Notes: a model not told the origin generated them from the sequence alone. 64,000 nt of DNA from Octopus sinensis (GCF_006345805.1 NW_021832231.1:1-64000); one strand, 5' to 3'; numbered from the stretch's first letter, positions 11,635 to 23,465 are shown. Numbers and translations: made by a program.

Positions 11635-13403
11635 TGTCACAGGTTTTATTTTGGACCAGGTTTTATTTTGGACCGAGAAAAAAAATCAATAATAAAAATT
11701 TTATTCCACTAAAAATATATTAGTTAATGTTAAATTATACTTTTATATAGTTTTTTCTTGATTTCATTTTGTTTTTTAAAAAATGGAAGAATGCATTAAC
11801 CAACCAATCAACAAATTTGATAATTACAGCGTTGCCGTTACGATATTTATTTAAAAATTGGTCTTCCATTCCAAAAAAATTAAAAACTAAATATAATTCT
11901 ATTAATTAAAAATTTAAAAATATAACCCTAACACATATACATTCTAATAATAGCCCTAACACCCAAAATCCTAATTCTAAAACACCCTAATTTTTAATTT
12001 AATTTTAAAACCCCTATTTGCAATAGTTGTCCGAACCATAAAAAACTTAATTTAATTTTAATTATAAAAATCTTAATCTAAACTAACAAAATTTCAATCC
12101 TAACCCTAAACATTTCAACCTTAACCTTAAACAAAATTTCAACCCTAACCCTAAACATTTTAACCTTAACCCTAAACAAAATTTCAACCCTAACCCTAAA
12201 CATTTCAACCTTAACCCTAACAAAATTTTAACCCTAACACTAAAATCCTAATTTAAGCTAAAGTTATGTTTTCTTATTAGTAACAAAAAGTAAAAATTAC
12301 AATTTTTTTAACCTAGATATGTGTACATTTTTAATTAATTCTCCTTTTGATAGTGTATAATTCTGTTCTTCCTTTTCAACAATCCAAAACTTTTCAGAGA
12401 CAACGTTATCATAAAGAGGATATTTTCTTGTTGATACATTTGTATCAAAGTCAGGTTTCAATATCACCTGATCACCGATATTTATTTCCTCTTCATCGAA
12501 TTTCCACCTTCTTTTTCTCTTCATATTTTCTCCAGCTTTTTGTATGTTCTCTAACACTTCTTTTCTCATTTCCCTGATATTTTGAGTTCTGTTTTCATGT
12601 ATGAAATTATCATTTTCTTCTGCATTTTCTCCTCCCTCGAAAGCAATCATGGAATCTATTTCTGTTTCTAATATGGGTTCGTTTTTTATTATTCCCATAA
12701 AAACATTGAATGGAATATTTTTCGTTGTGGAATGATGCGTTGTGTTATAATCATATACAATACTTTGGAGAATGTTAAAATATTCCCCAAATCTCCCATT
12801 GGAATTGCTTGTTGAAGATATCCATCTTTTGATTGATTGATTAAATCTTTATATAAAAAATTAGTTACCTTTCTACTTGTCCTTGAATCCACGGGCATCG
12901 TGGTCTGCCGAATACTCGCTTGATGTTGAATTTTCCAGCAAGTTCCTCCATCTTTGAATTTTTGAACTCCAATCCATTGTCTGTATGTAGAATGACTGGA
13001 GGTCCGTATGTGTAAAAAATCTTCAAAAAAGTTGAGAAATTTCCTCAGCAGATTTTGTTTTAGATAATTCGACTACTGCAAATTTTGAAAATGAATTGAT
13101 TAAGACGAGCAACTTAAATATAAATAAAGTTTAAACCCATGAATATGAATCGTTTATTTTAGAATATCTCCTTAGATCTACGAGATCCGCGAGATATCTA
13201 TCTCGAGGTCTTTTCGCAATAATTGGAGTAATACTAGGCTTCGTACACATAAAATTTTTTGACTATTTGTAAATGAAAAATATTACCTGGCACTCAACAC
13301 ATGATTTAATTACATCGCAGATTTCAGAACGTTTGACGCAGTAAATTTTATTTCTTAATAGGCTTAACATCCTAAAACCTGGTCCAAAATAAAACCGGTC
13401 ACA
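11635..13403 (-). mobile_element. Ginger-type (rve integrase) DNA transposon, internally deleted, TGT...ACA ends
   Basis: 30-bp TIRs TGT(C/G)AC(A/C)GGTTTTATTTTGGACCAGGTTTT, flanked on both sides by ATAATTAT. Spliced ORF: CVECQ, YLADLVD, HTDNGLEF, PWIQGQVER|FNQ, YNTTHHSTTKNIPF. One homopolymer frameshift near 13025. Confidence 0.85.
11920..12260 (+). repeat. Degenerate CCCTAA/TTAGGG-derived minisatellite inside the Ginger element
   Basis: About 44-bp unit aacaaaatttcaaccctaaccctaaacatttcaaccttaaccct, roughly 3.5 copies at 12085-12240, with looser CCCTAA motifs upstream. Confidence 0.85.
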
Positions 13404-14469
13404 ATAATTATTATAACCAAAAAGAATTTTAATATGAAAATTGAAGTGAATCCCCTAACTTTCAACAATGAATCTCAAGACTAACTAACCTCTGCTCCCT
13501 ACATAAAAATCGAGCGCATTCTCTAAAAGAACTCGATTTCTCTAAGCTATCGTCTCTTCCTGTCTACCGTCTTAATCCTGTTGTTTCCTCTTTCTGTTTT
13601 ACAATAAAAATTTATTTGTTTATTAGAAACCTTTTGTGAACGTGCAGAGAGCTATAGGCCTATTAGGCTCATCAGCTCAATTTTTTTTAATTTTTCCTCT
13701 AATATTCAAATAAATTTTCATTAATTAATTTAGTGCCTATTTTCGTGATTCATGAAATAGAAAAGTACCCAATTTATTAAGCGAAGCACTTTCATATTTA
13801 GCCCAACTATTCATTCTTCAATAAACGAAACACCACTTAAAAAAGATGAATTTCTGGCACAAACACAGTCATTCATGACTATAAAAGTTTTTCAATTTTT
13901 TAAAATTTTAAGAAAAGTGAAAGTTTAGATGATTTTTCTCGGCGCTCGATCCCTCGTGGCGCAGGGATGAATAAACAAGTATCGTGAAGAAAAGTAGAAT
14001 CTCATATTGCAAAAATAAAAGAATAGTGACATAATAGTGGTCTAAGTTTATAAAGGGAAAAAAACCACAGTCAGCTAGATCACAACAGGCAAAAAAATAA
14101 ATCAACCCGTGGATACGGGCGACATAAAAATTTCTGCGAAACTAAAATATCTTGGAGTATGTCAATCAAATTGGATTTTTCATCGAATGTATAGAGACGA
14201 GAAAACAAAAAGCAGCGGGTATGCTCAAGTAGCTGCTTTGTTTTTGCTCGGAACCTGAAAACGTTCTTATTTATATACTCTGCGTGCATCGAGCCGTTTT
14301 GAATATACAGATTCCAATGGTGGTATGACTCTGAAAATAAAAACAAAGTACTTCTTCTTTTGACTTTCATACTTACATTTAATTACCTTAAGGTTTATAT
14401 GCAATAAAAGATAAGTCGGGATAAAATTATTTAAATTGATTGTTGTATTAGTTTATTTTTATTTGTTTC

Positions 14470-14960
14470 AACCATTTCTTATTTCTTTAACTGCAATCTT
14501 GTGTTCAGCATCACCAATCTGATCAGAATTGTTGTTCCATAAGAACGATTCCGTCATTTTCGACCAGTCGTAAAGATTTTCGTTGTAGGAAGTGAATGAC
14601 TGCACTAACATCACTCGCTTAAAGTTAATCCCATTTCGGTGCTCCACTAACATACTTTCAAGGGTTTTCTTTAATACAATAGATTGAGTATATGCTCTCG
14701 GAATTATATCCACATTCAAAACATCCATATATGACTTGTAGAACGTACAATTCCGTCCCAAGTTAAAACAATAGGAATAATTTTAACTTTCGCGTTGTAT
14801 ATTTGAGACAACTCTCCAGCGATGAGGTCGTATTTGTGAAGTTTTTCTACCTCGACCATCTCAACATTCTCAGTTGTTATCATTGATTGAACTAAGTAAG
14901 TCTTCAGTTTCTTTGAATATGTGAGTCCACATTTTATGACACAGGTTTAAATGAAGATAT
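14470..14960 (-). mobile_element. R4/Dong-like RLE retrotransposon, 3' fragment
   Basis: VEVEKLHKYDLIAGELSQIYNAKVKIIPIVLTWDG, then after a frameshift YTQSIVLKKTLESM. Confidence 0.7.
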
Positions 14961-15449
14961 CTCATCACCTCATTGTGGCTATAATAATAAGTCTTTGGGT
15001 AAATATCCATTTTTAATTAAAATGACGCTAAAACCTTCTTATAATATATTGTAAATTATAATCTTAGTAGTTATAAAAACATATATTTACTTTCAATTTT
15101 AGAAGTAAGCCAATCTTTACAAACTTTATAAAATTAGAAAATTTTTATTTGTTAAAAATCTAATTTTTATTGCATTGGTCTTTAATGCAATAACTGACAA
15201 GACTTTCAAATAATTATTAAATTTATTTGCAGTGTTTGTCTAGTTTTAAAATTTCTAACAACATTGAAAGTTAATGTTTCTTAATTTGGTAATAATAATT
15301 TTTTCTGTTATATCGGAACTTGTCGAATGTATATAATGCACATATCCTTCCGTTTAAAAATGCTTTCCTCATTTTTAGGACTATTTCTAGCCTACTTCTT
15401 TACATTTGGTTTATTTATGATAAATTAATATTTATCAGAATTACTTAAG

Positions 15450-15830
15450 AATCCAATAAATAGAATAGCATTTCCACCGATAGATAACAACGTGGATTTG
15501 CTGTCCATCTTTCCATGTTCCAAAGCACAACTATCTTATACTTTCCCCTGGGACAAAAAGGAGAGTGTCCTCACCATCAGAGCTGTCGAGGCAGTTAGGG
15601 ATGGCTGGTATCTGTTCAGGACGCTCAAGACCAGAACTCCATATTACATTGGGACACCAAAGAGCGTCCCTGGATCGGCTGGAAATGGAATTTACATTCA
15701 TAAGAGAAAATATGGATTGGAGGAAATTGTGGTTTTTAAACATGTTAATGAGACAAATGTACTGAATCAGCGTATTCGCATGACTGTAGAACTGAAGTGC
15801 CTTGAAATTATAAAAAATGCTTTTGTATGA
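15450..15830 (+). CDS. Possible VHL-like protein (beta-domain plus BC-box-like motif); start not resolved
   Basis: QLSYTFP ~ VHL QPYPTLP; WYLFRTLKT ~ LWLFRDAGT; TVELKCLEIIK ~ TLKERCLQVVR. By-eye alignment only. Confidence 0.3.
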   Translation, partial: NPINRIAFPPIDNNVDLLSIFPCSKAQLSYTFPWDKKESVLTIRAVEAVRDGWYLFRTLKTRTPYYIGTPKSVPGSAGNGIYIHKRKYGLEEIVVFKHVNETNVLNQRIRMTVELKCLEIIKNAFV

Positions 15831-16654
15831 TGAAATAATTTAATTTACACAAATTTGATATTACATAAATCAGTGATTACATTTTATTTTTTAAAATTAT
15901 TTCTAAACGTATAATTTTATGCCCTATTCGACCCTAGTACCCAGAGATAGCCCCTCTAACAACATATTAAACTCCCCCATTCTCTCCAAAGCATCAATTC
16001 TGTCCTCGATAGCAATTTGTCTTGACAATTTCGGTTTCTGCAAAATCAGTAAGATATTTTTTTACTGTCCTTGAAATCGACGTATTGTATAAAACACGGT
16101 TCTATATCTTTAATGGATAGTGTATTCTTAGTAATGATCTAGTAATAATTCGGATTTCGAATGTTCTCTAACGAAAATGTTTTTTCAACAGACTAAATTG
16201 AATAGTCATTGGCGAATAATCTTATAAAAAGTCACATGCTATTAAAGTTTCAAAATTTTAAATGCCATAAAAGTAGGCTACTAATCTTAATGAATTAAAA
16301 ATTCAAAATATTCTGTTTGTTGAATTCAATCAATGTTTTTAGTGACCCCAATATGATAAAGGAACAAAATTTTTAATGAATTTAATTTTTCATAAGGAAA
16401 CAAAATATTAAAAGAAAAATCATTTGTTTGCGGGGTGAATTGCTTGAACGCTCTAGCGGAGAATGACAACTTTTCCATACCCACGAGCATTCACGTATTC
16501 ACTTTCAAAGACGTAGTGAGACACCTTCCTACGGCTGAGGTTTCGAACGCGACCAAAGCGACAAAATACTGGTGCTAGTGACTTATAATAAGTTTTTAAG
16601 ATTGAGGTTTATTGGAGAATTAAAAATCCAATGAAAAAAACCAAGAAAAAACAA

Positions 16655-19382
16655 TCAGCCTGAGCACGAGAAACAACCATTTCCAAGCAATTTACATGTT
16701 TCCATTTGCTGAATATCATCGCTGTCAGTCGGTAGTTGTGAACTAGATGACGAAGATTTATTTTCCGCAGCTAATTTGGATCTGATTCTTGCCTTATCGA
16801 CAGTGAACTGTATTGCATTGGCAGCAGGCTTTGTCCGCAAGTAGTACATTCCCGTTTTTAGTCCCTATCAAGTTGTAGAAAGTAAGCTAACAAGTTTCCA
16901 AGCGTAGAAATGCATGCTCGTAATTTTCCCATAATTTGGCTCAGCAATGTGGAGGTTAATGGATTGACTCTGATCTATGAAAGGAGACCGATCAGCAGCC
17001 ATTTTTAGGATTATCTTTTGAGGGATCTCCCACACCGTTTTATACAAATTTTTGAGTTCTTCGGGAATCGATGAAATGTTCTAAATTAAAAAACACAAAA
17101 AACCCAACCTGTACAGACCCATTAAAGTGTAATAAAACATTTTTCATGTCGTCATTCCACAGACCGGCATCGACGAGATCCTTGAGGAGATACTTATTGA
17201 CAACTTGGAACTCCCCCGACAGAACACGACGAGTGTAAAAATTGCTAGTAAAAGGCTCAATCGACTCGTTATTTCCAAAAATTTGAGCAGTCGTTGCCGT
17301 TGGCATTGGTGCGATAAGAAGAGAATTCCTCACTCCATACTTAGCAATATCCGCTCGGAGGGCAGCCCAATCATGACGAGAACTATCAGAAACACCCCAC
17401 ATGTCATGCTGCAGTATTCCTTGACTTATTGGTGACCCGGGATATGACTCATATGGCCCATATTCTTGAGCAAGGAGACAACTTTTTTTCAGTGCGGAAT
17501 AGTAGATTGTTTCAAATATATTAATATTTACTTCTCTGGCTTCTTCGCTATCAAATGGGTATCTTAGCATGCAAAAGCAGTCAGCTAGTCCTTGTACACC
17601 AATCCCGATCGGCCGGTGTCTTAAGTTTGACAATTTCGCCTCGGGGATTGGATAGTGGTTTATGTCAATCACTCGATTTAGATTTTTGACGATGACACCC
17701 ACAATATACTCTAATAAACCATAGTCGAAAACTCCATTGACCACAAAAGCCGAAAGAGAAATAGAAGCAAGGTTGCACACCGCAGTCTATTAGTAGAACA
17801 ACATTTTCTCAAACCTCATCTGCAGCACTGTATTGGACAATTTCTGTGCACAGATTACTCGATTTGATAGTCCCGAGATTTTTTTGATTAGATTTTATAT
17901 TTATAGCATCCTTATAAAGCATATAAGGCACCCCAGTCTCAATCTGAGCCTCAACTATAGCCCGCCAGAGATGTTGAGCCTTTACTTTTCTAACATACTT
18001 TCCGGTCCTCTCATATCTAAACAAATTCAAACAAATCCTTAAATTACTCTTCATAAAGTTTATCGAAATTGTCCCCGTAGCAATCAAAAAGGCCCGGGGC
18101 TTGGTCAGGCGTCATTAGACACCACATCAAATCATCACTGACTCTCCTCATAAATAAATCAGGGATCCATAGACCCAGGAATAGATCTCGTGCCCTCATC
18201 TCTTCTTTTCCTGTGTTCTTTCTAAGTTCTATGAATTCGTAAATATCCGCATGCCACGGTTCGAGATAAACGGCAAACGCCCCCGGCCTCTAATCATTTT
18301 TTATTCCAGAAAACTTTATTTCCGCCTTGGTCGACGTACCTGGCTGTGGCATTGAACACTTTGAGCATCGGAATCAGTCCATTCGACCTCCCATTTGTCT
18401 GAAAATCATCAGAGCTCATTACCCCGGCAATAAAGCTTCCCGTAGATCTTATGCAATGTACGTGGATTCCGACTCCTCCAGCCCCTTTGGAAATGAGGGC
18501 ACATTCCTTCACTGTATCATATATTCCCTCAATACTGTCTGCCTTCATTGCGACCAAAAAACAACTGATTTTACACTGACATTAAGCAGAAACCTCGAAA
18601 GAGAAGAGTTTTGAGTTCCTGCGTTGAAAAGAGTAGGAGAAGCGTGAGTGAAATACTGCTGAGACATCAAATTATAGGTTTCAAGAACGGAACAAATGTC
18701 TTCTCCGTGAATTCCAATGGCCACTCGCATGTACATGTATTGAGGTCTCTCAATGACTGAAATATAACGACAAAATTACCTTTCCCATCAATTTTAATCA
18801 AATAAGACCTTTCTAATGTCTTGAATCCAAAATAAGAAATGTTGAAATCTCTCTCATCTTTAATTGCGTCGTTAATGGTCTATTTTAATCACATCAATTA
18901 TAAACTTGTTTATGGGTTTGGACTGTATTATATAGATTTTCAGACACAAGAGGGTATGGTCTCGATGTATCTTTGTGGATGTAATGGTAGAGCTCATCAA
19001 CCGCATCTGATACATTTTAAGATAATATTGTGCCTGAAAATTGGCTTTTGGTTTCTTTTTGTAGATTAGATATTGCAATTCTCGAAGCTAATGTTGCGTA
19101 ATCGGGATGTTTTGTGGTCATAGTGGCAGCCGTCTCTGCAGCCAGATTGTCAAGTTCTTTGGTTTTTACACCTGAGTAAAGGCCATTAACCACTTTGAGA
19201 GTCACCTGAGCCTATTGGAAAATAAATTCGAGCAAATAACCGGGTCTATATGATCCTCGTTTAGACCATAACAAAGCTTTGTGATTCGGCTTGTGATTTT
19301 ATCAAGGAAAACTTTTTCTGTTCTTCCATCTAATTTAGAAGGGTTTTTTTAAAACAGCAAAACCTCGTTTCTCAACAAACAT
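16655..19382 (-). CDS. RRM1: Ribonucleoside-diphosphate reductase large subunit (class Ia)
   Basis: MFVEKRDGR ATP cone; [12 protein letters not shown]; SCFL; [15 protein letters not shown]; SSNLCTEI; CNLASI; APMPTA; [10 protein letters not shown]; C-terminal CFSCSG. Twelve introns of 23-34 nt give an uninterrupted frame. Confidence 0.97.
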
Positions 19383-20159
19383 TTTTCGACAGTTTATGAT
19401 AATATAGAATTTTATTATATTTAAAGACTTGTTCATAAATATTCATTTTTTTAATTTTAAATAATAAAAATATTCAATGAATATTTTATGCCTTTTTGAC
19501 TGCTGGCAGCAAAAAAAGATTTTCGAAAATCTATTTGGATCGGATGATGCGCCCTGGCGACATTTTTGAGATTTGTTGCAAAGAAAACCTAACAAGGAAA
19601 TGAATTCATGGTTGTCAAAAAATGGGAGTCAGCAAAAAGTCCTCCCTGATGGCCATGTTTTAATGATTTTCAAATTTAATCAAATTAAATCAAATTGAGA
19701 CATGTTAGTCATAACATATGACTCATAAGTTTCCATTTTCGAAGCAATCAATGTATTTTGTTAGTCATCAGGTTTAGTAACAAAGTAATATTGACATCTA
19801 GCATTAAATAAAAGTAATCTACATTAACAAATTAATTTGTTGCTTGACTCGCCTGACTCGTTTGCCATTCGTTTTTGATAAAGAATTTGAATATAAGAAG
19901 AGAAAACCATTTTGTCATTGAGAAAGAAGAACAATGAGAAAATAATTTTCTTTAAAATGCTTAAAGTAAACCAAAAAAATTATTTATGTTTTATTAAAAT
20001 AAAAAATAGTTCTAATTGTTTTTCTTCTATATTTGCCTTGTACTTTCTTATTAAAAATTAAGAAAAATTTATGTCTCTCTTAAAATAGTGTAACAATTAC
20101 CTTTAAATTTTTTTTAATAGTTAAATTTTTTTTTAACGAAAACAAAAAATAAAAACTAG

Positions 20160-20460
20160 CTATTATGAACTGGCTCGCAGGATTGAAAGACAATTCCCGC
20201 GTAAAACAGTCAGCGAGATCCTTTGAATGAGGAATATAAATTCCCTCGGATCTCTGGAGCGGTGGGTGCACAAGCGTCCAAGTTTCTTGAGATGGCAAGC
20301 GTCTTGGCCCCAAAAACACAGGTTTCGACAGCAATTGCCCAAAAGCAAAATCGATCGAGTAAATCAACATATTTCGATAGTTTTGCAAATTCGGCCTTCT
20401 CGGCCGACGAGCCGGGACAAGCCGTCCCAAACGAGCTGTTTCCCGGATTCAAAAGCGAAC
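20160..20460 (-). mobile_element. CRE-like RLE retrotransposon, 3' fragment
   Basis: PGSSAEKAEFAKLSKYVDLLDRF.FWAIAVET...LKKLGRL...QRISLTVLRGNC, followed by an A-rich tail. Confidence 0.8.
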
Positions 20461-20635
20461 AGCGTACAGCCGTCCGAACAGCGTACCTTTAAATTGTAAT
20501 TAATCTAACTTCATGAAAGATCAGAGAACAACAAAGCGAAAACAGCGTGCAGAAACTTTTATAACTTTTAGAAGTTATTCCGACGTAAATTTATCATTTA
20601 TCAACATTATAGGGAGAAGAAGACGAACAAATAAA

Positions 20636-20754
20636 AAATGTACGACACTGTTGTTCCCAGGCGGTCACCCAGCCAAGTACTAGAACAGCCTGTAATCGCT
20701 TAACTGCCGTGTTCGGATGGGTACGGGTATTTACGACTAAGTATGATCGTGCAC
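20636..20754 (-). rRNA. 5S rRNA gene, solitary and divergent
   Basis: GTGCACGATCATAC...CAGTTAAGC...TAGTACTTGGCTGGGTGACCGCCTGGGAAC...GTCGTAC, about 119 nt, followed by a T6 terminator. Helices show compensatory pairing. Confidence 0.9.
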
Positions 20755-21508
20755 GTTAATTGTTTCCTACCTGGTCTGGGGAACCGCCTATTTTCGGAAT
20801 TTCGTTATTAGAGTTATTTAAAAACTTTGGAACACTTCCAGATCGAATCTTCGGATACGTTTTCCAAAGCCATTTTTTGAAATGGCCGTATCTTTTAAAT
20901 TCAATAACTTGTAAGAATTCTAAACAGAAATATTTTGTGTTTCCAATAATTCTGTCAAATAGTTTAACTTGGGTCTAATAAAAGTAATCTGAAAGATTCT
21001 ATAATGCCAATATAAATTAATTGAAGTAACCCCGTAGTATTTGTTAAATGAAAAAAATATTTCTATTCATACACAATTCGGCGGAATACAATGCTTAGAG
21101 CAGCTGTTAATCAATAGTAAATATTGTTTTTTATTTTTGAGCTGAATATCAAAATTAGTCAACGAATCCATAAATATAGACTAGGTCATCTAAACTCTTT
21201 GTGAAATATAGGAGCAGATGGAGTATCTATAGGCATAATTTCTAGAATTTTTGGCTTAGAAATTATCATTGGTTTCAAATTTTTTTTTCGCGTAATTTTA
21301 TTAATAAAAAGACTAGAGAAAACTTGTCATTGGCAGATAGCCAGAATATTACCTTTGACTATGGCTATGGATATTGGTTTCAAATTATGCGTTCTGTTAC
21401 TAAAGATTGCAACAGTTTCTGATTTTGCCTCATCTTAATAATAAAATGGTATGGTGTGTGTCTGTCTGTCTGTCTGTCTGTGTGTGCACACCAACTTCAA
21501 ATTGGCAA

Positions 21509-22790
21509 TACGATGTCCTCGACTTACATGATGAGGTCCTTAAAACCTTCCCCCCAAAAAAAATTTAAAAAAATTTTTCTGCATTTTGGTCAAAATGAAC
21601 AACTACGATGTCTTCGACTTACATGATGAGGTCCTTAAAACCTTCCCCCAAAAAAAAATTAAAAAAAAATTTTCTGCATTTTGGTTAAAATGAACAACTA
21701 CGATATCCTCGACTTACATGATGAGGTCCTTAAAACCTTCCCTCCAAAAAAAAATTAAAAAAAAATTTTCTGCATTTTAGTTAAAATGAACAACTACGAT
21801 GTCCTCGACTTACATGATGAGGTCCTTAAAACCTTCCCCCCAAAAAAAATTTAAAAAAATTTTTCTGCATTTTGGTCAAAATGAACAACTACGATGTCTT
21901 CGACTTACATGATGAGGTCCTTAAAACTTTCCCCCAAAAAAAAATTAAAAAAAAATTTTCTGCATTTTGGTTAAAATGAACAACTACGATATCCTCGACT
22001 TACATGATGAGGTCCTTAAAACCTTCCCTCCAAAAAAAAATTAAAAAAAAATTTTCTGCATTTTGGTTAAAATGAACAACTACGATGTCCTCGACTTACA
22101 TGATGAGGTCCTTAAAACCTTCCCCCAAAAAAATTAAAAAAAAATTTTCTGCATTTTGGTTAAAATGAACAACTACGATGTCCTCGACTTACATAATAAG
22201 GTCCTTAAAACCTTCCCTCCAAAAAAAAATAAAAAAAAAATTTTCTGCATTTTGGTCAAAATGAACAACTACGATGTCTTCGACTTACATGATGAGGTCC
22301 TTAAAACCTTCCCCCAAAAAAAAATTAAAAAAAAATTTTCTGCATTTTGGTTAAAATGAACAACTACGATATCCTCGACTTACATGATGAGGTCCTTAAA
22401 ACCTTCCCTCCAAAAAAAAATTAAAAAAAAATTTTCTGCATTTTGGTTAAAATGAACAACTACGATGTCCTCGACTTACATGATGAGGTCCTTAAAACCT
22501 TCCCCCCAAAAAAATTAAAAAAAATTTTCTGCATTTTGGTTAAAATGAACAACTACGATGTCCTCGACTTACATAATAAGGTCCTTAAAACCTTCCCTCC
22601 AAAAAAAAATTTAAAAAAAATTTTCTGCATTTTGGTTAAAATGAACAACTACGATGTCCTCGACTTACATGATGAGGTCCTTAAAACCTCCCGCCAAAAA
22701 ATCAAAAAATTATTTTCTGCATTTTGATTAAAATGAACAACGCGAATGTCCTCGACATTCATGATGAGGTCCATTAAAACCTTCCAGGCA
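21509..22790 (+). repeat. About 95-bp tandem minisatellite, 13 full units plus one degenerate
   Basis: Unit tacgatgtcctcgacttacatgatgaggtccttaaaaccttccccc(A)ntt(A)nttttctgcattttggttaaaatgaacaac. Confidence 0.95.
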
Positions 22791-22998
22791 AAAATCTCAC
22801 ATATTAAGAATATCCTTGATGAAAACGACAGCGAGAATATTGACAATGATGAACTCCCAATTATTCGCGATAAAGAAATTCAATTCATCCTATGTTTTTC
22901 TCTTTAAAATTAAATGCATATATCATTATCGACCATGAATCAAAATTAAAGCTATTATCATATTTGACTTTGACAGAATGTGCAATCACAGATTGCAC

Positions 22999-23465
22999 GA
23001 CTTTTAATAGAGTGTGCAATTAACAGATTTTGAAAAACCACTTTGATAGTTGAAACAACATTAGCACAATCATTAACACAATTTACCACCAATTGACGCA
23101 CGACCTTGAATAGAGTGTGCAATTAACAGATTTTGAAAAACACTTTGATAGTTGAAACCACATTAGCACAATCATTAACACAATTTACCTACCAATTGAC
23201 AGCGCAATCTGAAGAATTTGCGTAAAAATATTCACTATTTAGTTAAGTTTTTCGTAAAGATAGAATTTATTTTCGGTATGTCTCTTTTCCTAAACTTTTT
23301 TATTATTCAAAAATAATTTTTTCAATAGATAACCGAAGGAGGGAAGACGACCTTAAGAAAATAAGTTTTTCGTAAAGATAGAATTTATTTTCTGTATGCC
23401 TCTTTTTTCCTAATATTTTTTATTATTCAAAAATAATTTTTTAAATAGATAACCGAAGGAAGAAA
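22999..23465 (+). repeat. Two further tandem duplications inside the Helitron (about 90 bp x2 and about 105 bp x2)
   Basis: aatagagtgtgcaattaacagattttgaaaa... twice; taagttttt cgtaaagatagaatttatttt...taaccgaagga twice. Confidence 0.85.

Noticed and set aside
11920-12260. True telomere or chromosome fusion point
   Set aside because: Degenerate, one orientation only, and enclosed within a TIR-bounded transposon.
13908-14370. Protein-coding gene from two AT-rich minus-strand ORFs
   Set aside because: No motif recognised, no convincing spliced model, and it abuts a retrotransposon remnant.
16430-16590. U4 snRNA or RNase P/MRP RNA
   Set aside because: Only short isolated matches; spacing and length are incompatible and no Sm site or P4 helix can be built.
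16655-19382. Viral or horizontally acquired RNR, suggested by AT-richness and TE surroundings
   Set aside because: It has twelve host-type micro-introns and a typical eukaryotic R1 sequence with ATP cone and CxxC tail.
20762-20900. U1 snRNA or SL RNA next to the 5S gene (TACCTGG...GGGGA; nearby inverted repeats)
   Set aside because: Similarity stops after about 15 nt; no U1 loop motifs, and the Sm-like T-run sits inside a hairpin.
22156-22727. ORFs MVKMNNYDVLDLH... as a repeat protein
   Set aside because: By-products of the minisatellite; the frame changes with A-tract length.
21509-22790. CRISPR-like array
   Set aside because: Units are whole tandem copies with no unique spacers, there are no cas genes, and the context is a eukaryotic Helitron.
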